From NCBI GenBank assembly GCA_964413945.1, contig CAYPUT010000004.1, positions 1-43,186 on the forward strand: a stretch of DNA of 43,186 bases, written 5' to 3'. Both the position numbers and the translations under genes were made by a program. How positions within the stretch are numbered: the first letter of the stretch is position 1; each line of letters begins with the position of its first letter. The notes under the pieces were generated by a model that was not told the DNA's origin, did not search any database, and was given only the letters and a program-made list of their open reading frames with translations. Shown here piece by piece: positions 9,215 to 18,622 of the stretch. Source of the DNA: an uncultured Spirochaetaceae bacterium. GTDB lineage: Bacteria; Spirochaetota; Spirochaetia; DSM-27196; PWMO01.

Positions 9215-10201
9215 GTGAAGCCTGTCATGAACGGCATCGGAGCGTATCTCCCGCCACGCATCGTAACCAACGACGAGTTGGCCCACGTAGTGGACACCTC
9301 CGACGAGTGGATTTACTCCCACACCGGGATAAAGGCGCGCCGGGTTGCCGACGACTCGATCGCGGCATCGGACCTTGCGGTGGAAGCGTCCCGGCAGGCG
9401 ATAGGCCGGAGCTCGATCGAGGTGGGAGAGATCGATTTGGTGCTCCTTGCCACCTCCACCCCCGACTACCCGGGCCTCCCGGCGACGGCGTCGATTGTCC
9501 AGGACAGGCTCGGTATTCCTCAGGCCGGGGCGATGGACCTTGTGGCCGCCTGCAGCGGCTTCGTCTACGGCGTCGACACCGCCCGGGTTTACATCCTTTC
9601 GGGGACCGCCCGGAACGTATTGGTTATCGGCAGCGAGGTGTACTCCCGGATCCTCAACTGGGAGGATCGCTCGACCTGTGTCCTCTTCGGGGACGGAGCC
9701 GGCGCTGCCGTGGTAAGCGCCGTAGAAGACGGAGCCGCCGAAGATCGAGGGATCCTCGACGGCTATCTCCGGTCTAAGGGTTCCGGGCACCACACCCTCT
9801 GGCGCAAAGCGGGCGGCAGCCGGAATCCGGTGGCACCGGAGAACGAAACCGACCGGTACCTATCGATGGACGGCCGGGCGGTCTACAATTTTGCCGTGTC
9901 GGCAATTATCGAGACCATCCAGGTGCTGTTGTCCCGGAACGGCCTGACCATGGAAGACGTTGCCTACGTCGTCCCCCACCAGGCCAACCGAAGAATTATC
10001 CAGGCCGCCTGCAAGCGGGCCGGCTTCCCGGAAGACAGATTCTTTACCAACCTCGAGCGCTACGCCAACACCTCCGCGGCCTCGATACCCATCGCGATCG
10101 AAGAGCTGGCCACCGGCAACCGGCTGACGCCCGGCGACGTTCTGGTAACCGTCGGCTTCGGGTCCGGACTGGCCTACGGCGGAAACCTTATCCGGTGGTA
10201 G
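9215..10201 (+). CDS. fabH: 3-oxoacyl-ACP synthase III
   Basis: DTSDEWI..TGI, AACSGF Cys, LFGDGAGA, PHQAN His, ANTSAAS Asn, GFGSG. Confidence 0.95.
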   Translation: MKPVMNGIGAYLPPRIVTNDELAHVVDTSDEWIYSHTGIKARRVADDSIAASDLAVEASRQAIGRSSIEVGEIDLVLLATSTPDYPGLPATASIVQDRLGIPQAGAMDLVAACSGFVYGVDTARVYILSGTARNVLVIGSEVYSRILNWEDRSTCVLFGDGAGAAVVSAVEDGAAEDRGILDGYLRSKGSGHHTLWRKAGGSRNPVAPENETDRYLSMDGRAVYNFAVSAIIETIQVLLSRNGLTMEDVAYVVPHQANRRIIQAACKRAGFPEDRFFTNLERYANTSAASIPIAIEELATGNRLTPGDVLVTVGFGSGLAYGGNLIRW

Positions 10202-12032
10202 CGGCTTCGGGCTCGCGGCCCCTTGGTTCCGCTGCTTCGGGCCCGGGCACCTCGGAGAAGGTCAGCGGGTAGCGTAGCAGCCGGTCCGCGACAGCGGCGG
10301 CAAGCTCCGCCAAATCGGCGGAAGCGAGGCCTTCGGCGTCGACGGTTTCGGGGCCGTTGAGGGAACCGAAGGACCGGACACGGACGGCCTCTCCCTGCCG
10401 GGAAACCTCCAGCGTCACCGCCGAGGGCTCGTCGCTCGGGTAGAACCCCGCCCGGCGGAGGTGCCGGAGGAGCAGGCGCCGTTGTCTCGGAGCAAGGCCG
10501 GCGGTCGAAACGCGGGCGGGTACGAAGAAGCCGTTCTGCCGAAAGGCCCCGGGGTTGATCTCGTAGAGCCGTACGGCCGCCCGGTTATACTCCGGACTCC
10601 CGGGCTTCGCTTCCCCCAGAAGCCCCTTCAGGGCCGACTCTATCCGGGCGCTCTCCCAAACCGGGTCGAGGGTTTCCAGAGCCCGGCTAATCCGCCGGGG
10701 ATCCCGCTTCAACAGGGCTTCTTCCAGGTCGTAGGAGCCGGCGGACTCGGGTATTACCTCCAGCTCCAACTGTCTCGCGAGGGAGAGATACTTCTCCGCC
10801 ACCCGGGGGCTCGATTGCGCGGCGAGGTAGTAGGTCCAATAAGCGTCGAGGTAGTTGGACCGATCCAGATAGGTCCCGGCGGTCCTATCGGCGAGCTGAA
10901 CATAGCGATGGCGGTGATACCAGGCGAGGGCCCGGTGCCGGAGATAGGAGCCGAGGCGCCGGAGCCGGGGAAGAATTCCCGCCGCCGGGGTGCGCCAGGT
11001 CTCGCGTGCCAGACCCAGATGGGTATCGGCGAGAATTTCGTTCAGATCCTTCGAGTGGCGGACCTCGTCGATCCCGAAGTTGAACATCCAAGAGAGATCC
11101 TCGTCGTCGTAGACCCTTCGAGCGTGGGAGAGGGCCCTGTCGAGGTGACCGCTCCGCTGATAGAGGGCCGATAGATTTATCGCCGGGAGAGGCGTCTCTT
11201 CGTCCAGGGTAAAGGCCCGCTCGTACTCCTTATGGGCCGAGGCAAGATCCATCTGCATCTCGTAGAGCTCCCCCCGGGCAAGAAAGCCGGTGGCCCGCCG
11301 GGCGTGGAGAAGGGAGCGGTTGGTACTCTCGAGTGCGTTGTCGAAACGGTAGAAGCTCTTCTCGAGGAGCGACAGGTTGTAGTAGGCGACGGAGGCGAAA
11401 TAGCTCAGGCCATTCTGCAGGGCGGCGTCGATGGCCTCCCGATAGTAGCGCTTGGATTCTCCGTAGCGGTACATCGCCGCGTAGATGGTTCCGAGGGTCA
11501 TCGCGACGCTCCGGTCCTCCCCGTAGGCCGATAGGGCCTCGAGGAGCACGTCTTCCCCGGCGTCGAGCTGCCGGGTCTTAAAGTAGAGCCACCCGAGGTC
11601 GCTGGCGAGCTCCGGGGACCCCGGATAGATGTTCTCGATCCGCTTCAGGTAGGTGATGGCTTCCGCCTCCCGGTTGAGACGCCCGAGGGTAAAGGCCGTG
11701 TCGTAGAGGATCGAATAGCTGTTCGGCGAGAGCTCTTCCGCAACCCTGTAGTGCTCCAAGGCCAGGTCGAAGAGCTCCTTGTCGTAGTAGAGCTCCGCAA
11801 GCTCTACCCGGATGTCGACCGCTTCGGGAAAGCGGCGAACCCCTTCGGTGAGGCGCTGCACCGCGTATTGATAGTTCTCTTTCTCGATGGCATCCCGGGC
11901 GTCGGCTACGTAGTCGTCCGGCGTCTCCCCGGCCGGGAGATGGATCTGTCCCTGGACCGACGCGCCGGGATTCCCGAGGAGCAGGAGAACCACTCCTAAT
12001 GAGGCGGAAACTCGCCGAAGCCACCTATTCAC
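10188..12032 (-). CDS. Exported tetratricopeptide repeat protein
   Basis: Signal-peptide-like N-terminus (MNRWLRRVSASLGVVLLLLG..ASVQG) and many TPR-like helices. Overlaps the upstream TGase gene end. Confidence 0.82.
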   Translation of the reverse strand: MNRWLRRVSASLGVVLLLLGNPGASVQGQIHLPAGETPDDYVADARDAIEKENYQYAVQRLTEGVRRFPEAVDIRVELAELYYDKELFDLALEHYRVAEELSPNSYSILYDTAFTLGRLNREAEAITYLKRIENIYPGSPELASDLGWLYFKTRQLDAGEDVLLEALSAYGEDRSVAMTLGTIYAAMYRYGESKRYYREAIDAALQNGLSYFASVAYYNLSLLEKSFYRFDNALESTNRSLLHARRATGFLARGELYEMQMDLASAHKEYERAFTLDEETPLPAINLSALYQRSGHLDRALSHARRVYDDEDLSWMFNFGIDEVRHSKDLNEILADTHLGLARETWRTPAAGILPRLRRLGSYLRHRALAWYHRHRYVQLADRTAGTYLDRSNYLDAYWTYYLAAQSSPRVAEKYLSLARQLELEVIPESAGSYDLEEALLKRDPRRISRALETLDPVWESARIESALKGLLGEAKPGSPEYNRAAVRLYEINPGAFRQNGFFVPARVSTAGLAPRQRRLLLRHLRRAGFYPSDEPSAVTLEVSRQGEAVRVRSFGSLNGPETVDAEGLASADLAELAAAVADRLLRYPLTFSEVPGPEAAEPRGREPEAATTG

Positions 12033-14190
12033 GGAGCACCCCCTGCTCCCGGGGAGCGTCGGCTTGGAAAGCTCTCGGCTTGAAACGAAGAAGGGGCAGA
12101 AGGAGGGCCGCCAGCCGGCGCCCCCGGGAAAAGCGGTGCCGGAGGGAGGCGGAGAAGGCCCGCCGGACCCGGCGGCGATCCTCCGGGTCTACCGGCGCCT
12201 CTTGGGACCGGAAAAGCCGCTCGAGGTACCACTTGGTCAGTCTTTCCGCGGCAACGGAGTACTCCTCTTCGAGGCGCCGGGCGTACTCGAGAGGCGACTC
12301 CCAGGGCTCCGGCGGAAGGCCTAAGGACTTAAGTCGCCGGAGGGCGACCCGGTAGTACGCCCGGGCCTCGCGCCCCGGAGTAACCGGTCCGAGGAGCCCG
12401 GCAAGGGGCCCGTAGTGATACCCGAGGAGGGACCCTAAATAGGCGAGGGGAAGGAGGGCCCACCAGTAGCGCATCACGAAGGGGACGACCCCGAGGAGAA
12501 GGTTCCGGCCGGGAGCCTCTTCCCGGGCCACCGGTTCCCGGGCTTCCTGCACCTGGAGCTCGTCTTGGTGCTGGAGTATCTCCTGGAGGAGAGCCGCCAG
12601 CCGGTCTTCGTCCATCGCGAAGTCAAGGTCGAACTCCTCCTCCGGATGGAGGGTCGAGGAGGTGGGGTCGAAGTCGACCCATCCGATTCCGTCGAAATAG
12701 ACCTCGACCCAGGAGTGGGCCATGTCCGCCCGAATGCTGTAGAAGTTGAGCACTTCGAGGTTCGGATCGACGAAAAAACCGACCGCGACCCGGGCGGGGA
12801 TACCGACGGCCCGGACCATCTCGGTCATCGCGAAGGCGAAGTAGGAACAGTAGCCTTTGCGGCTTTCGAAGAGAAAGTGCTCGAGCTGGTTTCCGTCGGG
12901 GGCAATCCCCGGCTTTAGGGAGTAGAAGAAGTTCTCTTTGAGATAGGTTTCGATATTCCGGACCCGGGCGAAGTCGCTTCCCTGACCCGCCGCTTGTCGA
13001 GCGAGGGCGGTAATCGAGGGACTCTCTCCGTACCGGGTGTAGTAGCCAATCCAATCCGGATCCTTGCTTCGCGCTTCCGGCGGGTCATCGATCGTCGGAG
13101 CGTTCGACGCACCGAGCTGGGCGATGGTGCCCCGGGGCACCAGGCTCTCGACCTGATAGATTCCGGAGAAAGAGGCTCCTTCCCAAGGCCTTAGAGGGAT
13201 TATCCGCTCCGGGTCGTTCAGGGCGAGGAGCGACGAGGATTCGAAGTTGACCAGGAAGTACTCCTGGGCGATCCGCTCCCGGTGGAGGTCGTCCTCCACC
13301 GGGACGAGGGTGGGTCTCCGGGGGACCGCGTCGGGGACACCCCCGTCGGGGGCCGAGGCATCGCGAAAAAAGCCCCGGCGCTGGTCGTATCCCGAGAGGA
13401 CGTAGCGCCGGAGAAGGTCGTATCCGACGTCCCCGTCCCGCCGGTAAAGAAGCACCAGATCCCGACTCAGGGAGATTTCGCTCTCGAGGGTCAGATAGTC
13501 GGAAAAGTCGAACTGAAAGAGGGTCGGTCGGATAAGCCCGCCGCTCCCGGCGAGGGACGCGTCGTTGTACCGCCCGAGAAGAAAGAGGACGGCGACCAAG
13601 ACTATCGGCAGCACCGCGGCGAGTGCCGGGACACCCAGGAACGCCCGGTCCCGCCTGGCGGCCAGAAACGCCAAAAACAGCACCTCGAGAATCACGAAGG
13701 CGCCGACGACGATCGCCTGCACCATCGGGTGGTGGTAGATGGAGAGGTCGAAGTAGGCTTCGCTCCAGAAGAGCGCCACCAAGAGCCCGCCCCGGATAAT
13801 GGTCATGATCCCCCGGCGGCGTCCCATTCGGCGGCTTAAGGTATTGAGGATGAAGACGCCGAGGGCAATGGGAAGGGTCAGCTCCCGTTGGGAGGCAAAC
13901 CCGACAACGAGGGTGTCGACCTCGGGAGCAGTCTCGGGCCCCACCAGAAAACCCAGGAGATACCCCACGAGGGGGCCGACCAGCATCAGGAGGGCTATTC
14001 CCGAAGAGAGCGCAGCCCAGGTCCGGAGCCGAGAGCCCGAGAGGACCGCCGCGACAAGTGCGCCGAGAAAAAGACCGCCGAGGGCGAATGCCGGGTGGAG
14101 AATCGAGTCTACCCGGAGGAAGTAGTGGTATCCCAAGAGAGCCAGGAGCGACAGGTCGAGCCACTCGATCTTGGAGCCGGGCTTAGACAC
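12025..14190 (-). CDS. Membrane-anchored transglutaminase-like (TgpA-type) protein
   Basis: N-terminal TM helices; catalytic triad GYCSYF (Cys), AHSWVEVY (His), WVDFDPT (Asp); C-terminal TM. Start GTG 14190, overlapping the DUF58 stop, is inferred (track gives 14223). Confidence 0.9.
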   Translation of the reverse strand: MSKPGSKIEWLDLSLLALLGYHYFLRVDSILHPAFALGGLFLGALVAAVLSGSRLRTWAALSSGIALLMLVGPLVGYLLGFLVGPETAPEVDTLVVGFASQRELTLPIALGVFILNTLSRRMGRRRGIMTIIRGGLLVALFWSEAYFDLSIYHHPMVQAIVVGAFVILEVLFLAFLAARRDRAFLGVPALAAVLPIVLVAVLFLLGRYNDASLAGSGGLIRPTLFQFDFSDYLTLESEISLSRDLVLLYRRDGDVGYDLLRRYVLSGYDQRRGFFRDASAPDGGVPDAVPRRPTLVPVEDDLHRERIAQEYFLVNFESSSLLALNDPERIIPLRPWEGASFSGIYQVESLVPRGTIAQLGASNAPTIDDPPEARSKDPDWIGYYTRYGESPSITALARQAAGQGSDFARVRNIETYLKENFFYSLKPGIAPDGNQLEHFLFESRKGYCSYFAFAMTEMVRAVGIPARVAVGFFVDPNLEVLNFYSIRADMAHSWVEVYFDGIGWVDFDPTSSTLHPEEEFDLDFAMDEDRLAALLQEILQHQDELQVQEAREPVAREEAPGRNLLLGVVPFVMRYWWALLPLAYLGSLLGYHYGPLAGLLGPVTPGREARAYYRVALRRLKSLGLPPEPWESPLEYARRLEEEYSVAAERLTKWYLERLFRSQEAPVDPEDRRRVRRAFSASLRHRFSRGRRLAALLLPLLRFKPRAFQADAPREQGVLRE

Positions 14191-15463
14191 GGTGGAAATC
14201 CCTAACCTTACCATCGAGACCAACTATAGCACTCTCGAGGAGGGTCGTGTAACGTTCCCGCGCCTGGGCTTCCGGACGCCGGTTATCTCGGTGGGGCTCT
14301 CCCGGCGGCCGGAGGAGCCAGCGGTTGGTGTACCGGGGGCCCGTGTCCACCGGGGGCTCGACGAGCAGGAGGGTCACCGAAGCAGCGGTGCGGCTCAACT
14401 CGAGGAGGTAGGAGCCGAGGCCTGGGTCCGGAAGCGCCAGGACGACGCACCGGCTCCCCCGGAGGCTTCCGAGGGGGACTCTCCCGGTCGACCAGCCGGT
14501 GTCCGCGAGAGCCCGGAGAAACCCCGGAGCGCCGATATCCACGAGAGCCTCCGGCGGAAGGTCTTCCCTGAGGGCGTACCGCACCGAAAGGCCGTCGGAA
14601 GAGAAGCTTGCCGCCAGATCGCCTAAGAGGCCCAGGGCCCGGTCCAACGCCCGGAGGGCGTAGTCCACCGGCACGATCTCCCCGAGTGACCCGGCGGCCC
14701 GGAGAATCAGGGTTACTTCCTGGGCCGCCGGCGGAACCTCCTCCCCTATCCGCAGGAAGAGCTCCTCCCACCGAGCGTACTGCTTCCAGTTTATCCGGCG
14801 GACGTCGTCCCCCGGGACGTAGCGACGGACCTCCAAGAGCTCCTCGGTCCGGATCCGCCGGTCGCTCCGCTGGGGCTCCTCCCCTTCCCGGTGGCTCACC
14901 AGGGTTGCCTGGCGGGTTTCCCGGGGCCGAGGCGCGACGGTCAGGGGCGACGGTGCCGTCGTACGGAGGGAAAACCGGAAGAAGCCGAGGGCGTCGGTAA
15001 GCAGGAGTCGCCCCTCCCCCGGGCGGTAGAGCCCTCGGGGGGGCCTCAGCGCCTCCCCATGGGAATCGACGGCCCGGGAGCTCAAGGGGACCGAGAGACG
15101 CAGGTCTCGGAGACCCCGCCAGCTCAGACGCCCGAGGTAGAGGATCCGGACTCCGGGGACCCGGAATGCTTCGAGTCGCCCGACGACTTGAAGCGAGGTG
15201 GAGTCCCCAACACGGACCCAACTGGGCTCGAGGCTTGCCTCGAAGCCGGCGGCCCGTTTCGACAGAAGCATTCGTTGGAGAAGCGTCCCCAGAAAAGCGA
15301 AGACCAGAAGCGCCAAGAACGTCCCCCCCCAGAGGAGGGAGGCGAGCTCCGAGCGGCGGATGCCGAGCATCAAGAGGCCCCCCGCCGCGAGAAGGAGGGC
15401 GCCGGCCAGGGGAGAAAGCGAAAAGGCTCTATCGGTGTAAGGTTTGTAGCCGTGCCTGGGCAA
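14183..15463 (-). CDS. DUF58 domain protein
   Basis: Two N-terminal TMs; RG.Y...D.LGFF; VRRYVPGDDVRRINWKQYAR signature. Lies between MoxR and TGase genes. Confidence 0.9.
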   Translation of the reverse strand: MPRHGYKPYTDRAFSLSPLAGALLLAAGGLLMLGIRRSELASLLWGGTFLALLVFAFLGTLLQRMLLSKRAAGFEASLEPSWVRVGDSTSLQVVGRLEAFRVPGVRILYLGRLSWRGLRDLRLSVPLSSRAVDSHGEALRPPRGLYRPGEGRLLLTDALGFFRFSLRTTAPSPLTVAPRPRETRQATLVSHREGEEPQRSDRRIRTEELLEVRRYVPGDDVRRINWKQYARWEELFLRIGEEVPPAAQEVTLILRAAGSLGEIVPVDYALRALDRALGLLGDLAASFSSDGLSVRYALREDLPPEALVDIGAPGFLRALADTGWSTGRVPLGSLRGSRCVVLALPDPGLGSYLLELSRTAASVTLLLVEPPVDTGPRYTNRWLLRPPGEPHRDNRRPEAQARERYTTLLESAIVGLDGKVRDFHRV

Positions 15464-16406
15464 TTTTACGTATTACGTCCCGCGTATCGGTGTCCGGCTC
15501 CCGGGGAACAACCCGGTGCGCGAGCACTGTTTCCGCGACGTCGAGAATATCTTGATCGATTACGTAGTCCCGTCCGTGGACCAGGGCGTAGGCCCGGGCC
15601 ACCCGGAGGAGCATAAGCGTACCCCGGGGAGAGACTCCGTACTTAAGCTTGGTGGTGTTCCGGGTGGCGCCGGAGATGTCGATGGCCGCCTTTAGGAGCT
15701 TCTCGTCGCAGTAGACCCGGCCAACGCTCTTCTGGGCGGCCAGAATATCCTCCCGACTACAAACCGGCTGCAGCGCGGGGAGCACGTACTCGGAAGGATC
15801 CTCGGTAAGAATCTTGAGCTCCTCCTCCGGGGAGGGATAGCCGAGGGTCAGGCGCATCAAGAAGCGGTCGAGCTGGGCTATCGGAAGGGGGTAGGTGCCG
15901 TGAATCTCGATGGGATTCTGCGTCGCGACGACGAAGAAGAGAGGATCGAGGGTGTGGGTCCTGTTACCCACGGTAACCTGCCGCTCCGCCATCACCTCGA
16001 GAAGCGCAGATTGCACCTTGGGGGTCGAGCGGTTTACCTCGTCTGCCAGGATGATGTTTCCGAAAACCGGCCCGGGAGAAAAGACGAACTCTCGTTTGTC
16101 CGGGTCGAAAACGTCGACCCCGGTAATGTCGTAGGGCAGTAGATCCGGGGTGAACTGAATGCGCCGAAACGCGATGCCCCGGCCATCGTCTCCCTGGATC
16201 AGGCGGGACACCGCTTTTGCGAGGGTCGTTTTTCCGAGGCCCGGCAGGTCTTCGATAAGGAGATGCCCCGGGGCCAAGAGGCAGGTTACGACTTTTCGAA
16301 GCTCCTCCGTCTTTCCCCGGATAACCGATTCGAGGGCATCCACGAGACGGGTCGCCAGGGCTTGTTGGGCGGAGAGGTCGACCGCGGAGAGAGGGAAATT
16401 ACTCAC
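15429..16406 (-). CDS. MoxR family AAA+ ATPase
   Basis: EDLPGLGKT Walker A, RIQFTPDLLPYDITG, ILADEVNR Walker B, ATQNP, GTYPLP.AQLDRF. GTG 16406 chosen because a promoter lies just upstream. Confidence 0.94.
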   Translation of the reverse strand: MSNFPLSAVDLSAQQALATRLVDALESVIRGKTEELRKVVTCLLAPGHLLIEDLPGLGKTTLAKAVSRLIQGDDGRGIAFRRIQFTPDLLPYDITGVDVFDPDKREFVFSPGPVFGNIILADEVNRSTPKVQSALLEVMAERQVTVGNRTHTLDPLFFVVATQNPIEIHGTYPLPIAQLDRFLMRLTLGYPSPEEELKILTEDPSEYVLPALQPVCSREDILAAQKSVGRVYCDEKLLKAAIDISGATRNTTKLKYGVSPRGTLMLLRVARAYALVHGRDYVIDQDILDVAETVLAHRVVPREPDTDTRDVIRKIAQARLQTLHR

Positions 16407-16414
16407 CGGGTGCA

Positions 16415-16443
16415 AAACTAACACAATCGCAGGGGGGTATCAA
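16415..16443 (-). promoter_or_regulatory. Promoter for moxR operon (near-leaderless)
   Basis: TTGATA-N17-(TG.)TAGTTT-N8-GTG; the -35 overlaps the MFS stop codon. Confidence 0.55.
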
Positions 16444-17693
16444 TCGCGAGAGCCTTCCGAGGTTGCCAGAAAGAAGGCCCTCAACCTGCGGCTGACCCCG
16501 GCCCCGAGGGCTACAAGCCCCACCAACAGAGCCACGATCAGATAGATAAGCCGGATATCCGCAAGAACCAGGTCGATAAGGATGCCCCCGGCAAGGTACG
16601 CCAGGGGCGCCGAGGAACCGGCCATCATCTCGACGATGGCAAAGACTCTCCCCTGCTTCTCGGAGCCCACCGACCGCTGGATAACGGTATGGACCAGTAC
16701 CGTCGCAACCCCGATGGAAAAGCCGGCGGCCAAGACCACCGCCGCGAGGATTACCGGCGTAAGGAAGAGACCCCCGGCGGCGGCGGCGAGGGCGAAGAGA
16801 AGCAGGGCGCCGAAAAAGGAGCGGTACTCTCCCCGGTGGGAGAGGTTCAGCGCGGAGAGAAGGACGAAGCCGGCGATTCCCCCGGCGAGCATCAGGGCGA
16901 AGTAGTACCCCAGATAGCGCTCCGGAAGCGCAAGGACGTCGGCGACCACGAAGGGCAGCGAGAGAACCAGCGGCGGGGCGATAAACTGTACCGCTGACCC
17001 GGTCAGGGCGAGGGTCCGGATTCCCGGATGGTGCAAGACGAACCGCAACCCCTCCCGGGCATCCCGGAGGAGGCGTTTGATCGGAACGGCCGGCTGGGGC
17101 GCCTCCGTCAGGGCGCTTTTTGGGGGACGAATCCGAGTCTCTTCGATCGCCGAGACGATAAACGACAGACCGTTTACCAGAAGGAGAACCGGAAGCCCCA
17201 GGAGAACGTAGGCAAGACCCCCGAGGGCGTTCCCGGCGAGATTGGCGAGTTGGGTTATCCCTGTTCGCAGCGCGTTCGCCGGACGCAAACGCTTAGGGGG
17301 GACAATCTCCGGGAGAATCGCCCGGGCGGCGGGGACAAAGAGCGCGTGGGCGAACCCGCCGAGAAAGGTCAAAACCCAGATAGCCCCGATTGCCCCGGGG
17401 CGCAGCCGGAGGATAAGGGCGAGGAGGAGCATGATGCCCCCCCGGCTCAGATCGGCGGACACCAGAACTCGACGCCGGGGAAACGCGTCGACGATGGCTC
17501 CGCCGAAGGGACCGGCGAGTACCGGGGGCAAGAGCGCGAGAAAATGATAGACCCCGAGGACGACGCCGGAGCCGGTAAGATCCTTCAGGTAGAGGGTCAC
17601 CCCGAGGAGATAGATGCTACTGCCGAGGGTCGACACCGCGTGCCCCGAAATAAGGTGAAACAGGTTCGAATGTTCGTTCTTTGGGACAAACAA
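16440..17693 (-). CDS. MFS transporter (DHA3/macrolide-efflux-like)
   Basis: About 12 hydrophobic segments; GAIVDAFPRRRVLVSADLSRG motif A; PA..A.LPEIV; QGRVFA. Confidence 0.9.
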   Translation of the reverse strand: MFVPKNEHSNLFHLISGHAVSTLGSSIYLLGVTLYLKDLTGSGVVLGVYHFLALLPPVLAGPFGGAIVDAFPRRRVLVSADLSRGGIMLLLALILRLRPGAIGAIWVLTFLGGFAHALFVPAARAILPEIVPPKRLRPANALRTGITQLANLAGNALGGLAYVLLGLPVLLLVNGLSFIVSAIEETRIRPPKSALTEAPQPAVPIKRLLRDAREGLRFVLHHPGIRTLALTGSAVQFIAPPLVLSLPFVVADVLALPERYLGYYFALMLAGGIAGFVLLSALNLSHRGEYRSFFGALLLFALAAAAGGLFLTPVILAAVVLAAGFSIGVATVLVHTVIQRSVGSEKQGRVFAIVEMMAGSSAPLAYLAGGILIDLVLADIRLIYLIVALLVGLVALGAGVSRRLRAFFLATSEGSRD

Positions 17694-17734
17694 CGCCGGC
17701 GACAGTATAGTGGAGGCGAGGTGCCGGGCAAAGA

Positions 17735-18604
17735 GTGAACGTCGCTGACTACTACGACAGGAACACCCGCCGATTTTTGCGGTTCGGGCGCCTCGGAGAG
17801 ATCGGTGTGGTTCACCGGGGAGTTTGGGCGCCGGAGGTGGAAGACCCGGCCGCCGCCGCCCACTATGTCCACGACCGTATCGCGGCGGATGTTAACGACA
17901 GTCTCCCGGATAGCCCCCGGGGACTCGACCTGGGATGCGGAGTCGGGGCGAGCATGATGCGGATTGCCCGACAAACCGGGGCTTCTCTTTCCGGCATCAC
18001 CATCAGCTCGACCCAGGCCGCAATGGCGGGTGAGCGGCTGTCGGAGCTCCCGCCGGACCTGGCCGGGCGTCTCTCGGTCCGGGCCGGGGACTTCTGTACC
18101 CCGGAATCCTACGAGGCAATCCCGGAAGGGGGCCTCGACTTCGCCTACTTTATCGAATCCTTGGTCCACGCTCCGGATCCGGAGCTCCTCTTTCGGCTTC
18201 TGGCGTCCCGTCTTAAACCGGGGGCCCGCGTCTACGTCTGCGACGACCTCCTCGGAATGCCCCGGGACTCCTTTTCGACGGTACGAATGGGCCGGCAGTC
18301 GGGGGACCGGATCGTCGAGAACTACCGTCGGGGATGGCACATCAACACCCTGATGACGCCCAGGGAGCTCGAGAGCTTCCTTGCCGGCTTCGGAATGCGC
18401 GCCCTCGAAAGCCGGGACCTTACGCCGTATCTAAAGCTGAACCGCCTTCGGGACCGGCTTATTCGTCTGGCGGTCCCGCTGTCCCGTCCCTTCGGCAAGA
18501 ACACGCCGTGGTGGGACAACTTCCTCGGGGGCGACGCCCTTCAACGAGCCCTGACGGTGGGTCTAATCAACTATCGCCTGGTAACCTTCGAGTACCGTCC
18601 CTAG
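17735..18604 (+). CDS. Class I SAM-dependent methyltransferase (sterol/tocopherol/CFA-like)
   Basis: VADYYD, HRGVW, LDLGCGVG motif I, GITISSTQ, IESLVH, LKPGAR. Confidence 0.88.
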   Translation: MNVADYYDRNTRRFLRFGRLGEIGVVHRGVWAPEVEDPAAAAHYVHDRIAADVNDSLPDSPRGLDLGCGVGASMMRIARQTGASLSGITISSTQAAMAGERLSELPPDLAGRLSVRAGDFCTPESYEAIPEGGLDFAYFIESLVHAPDPELLFRLLASRLKPGARVYVCDDLLGMPRDSFSTVRMGRQSGDRIVENYRRGWHINTLMTPRELESFLAGFGMRALESRDLTPYLKLNRLRDRLIRLAVPLSRPFGKNTPWWDNFLGGDALQRALTVGLINYRLVTFEYRP

Positions 18605-18622
18605 TCCCCCGGCGCCGCTGCC

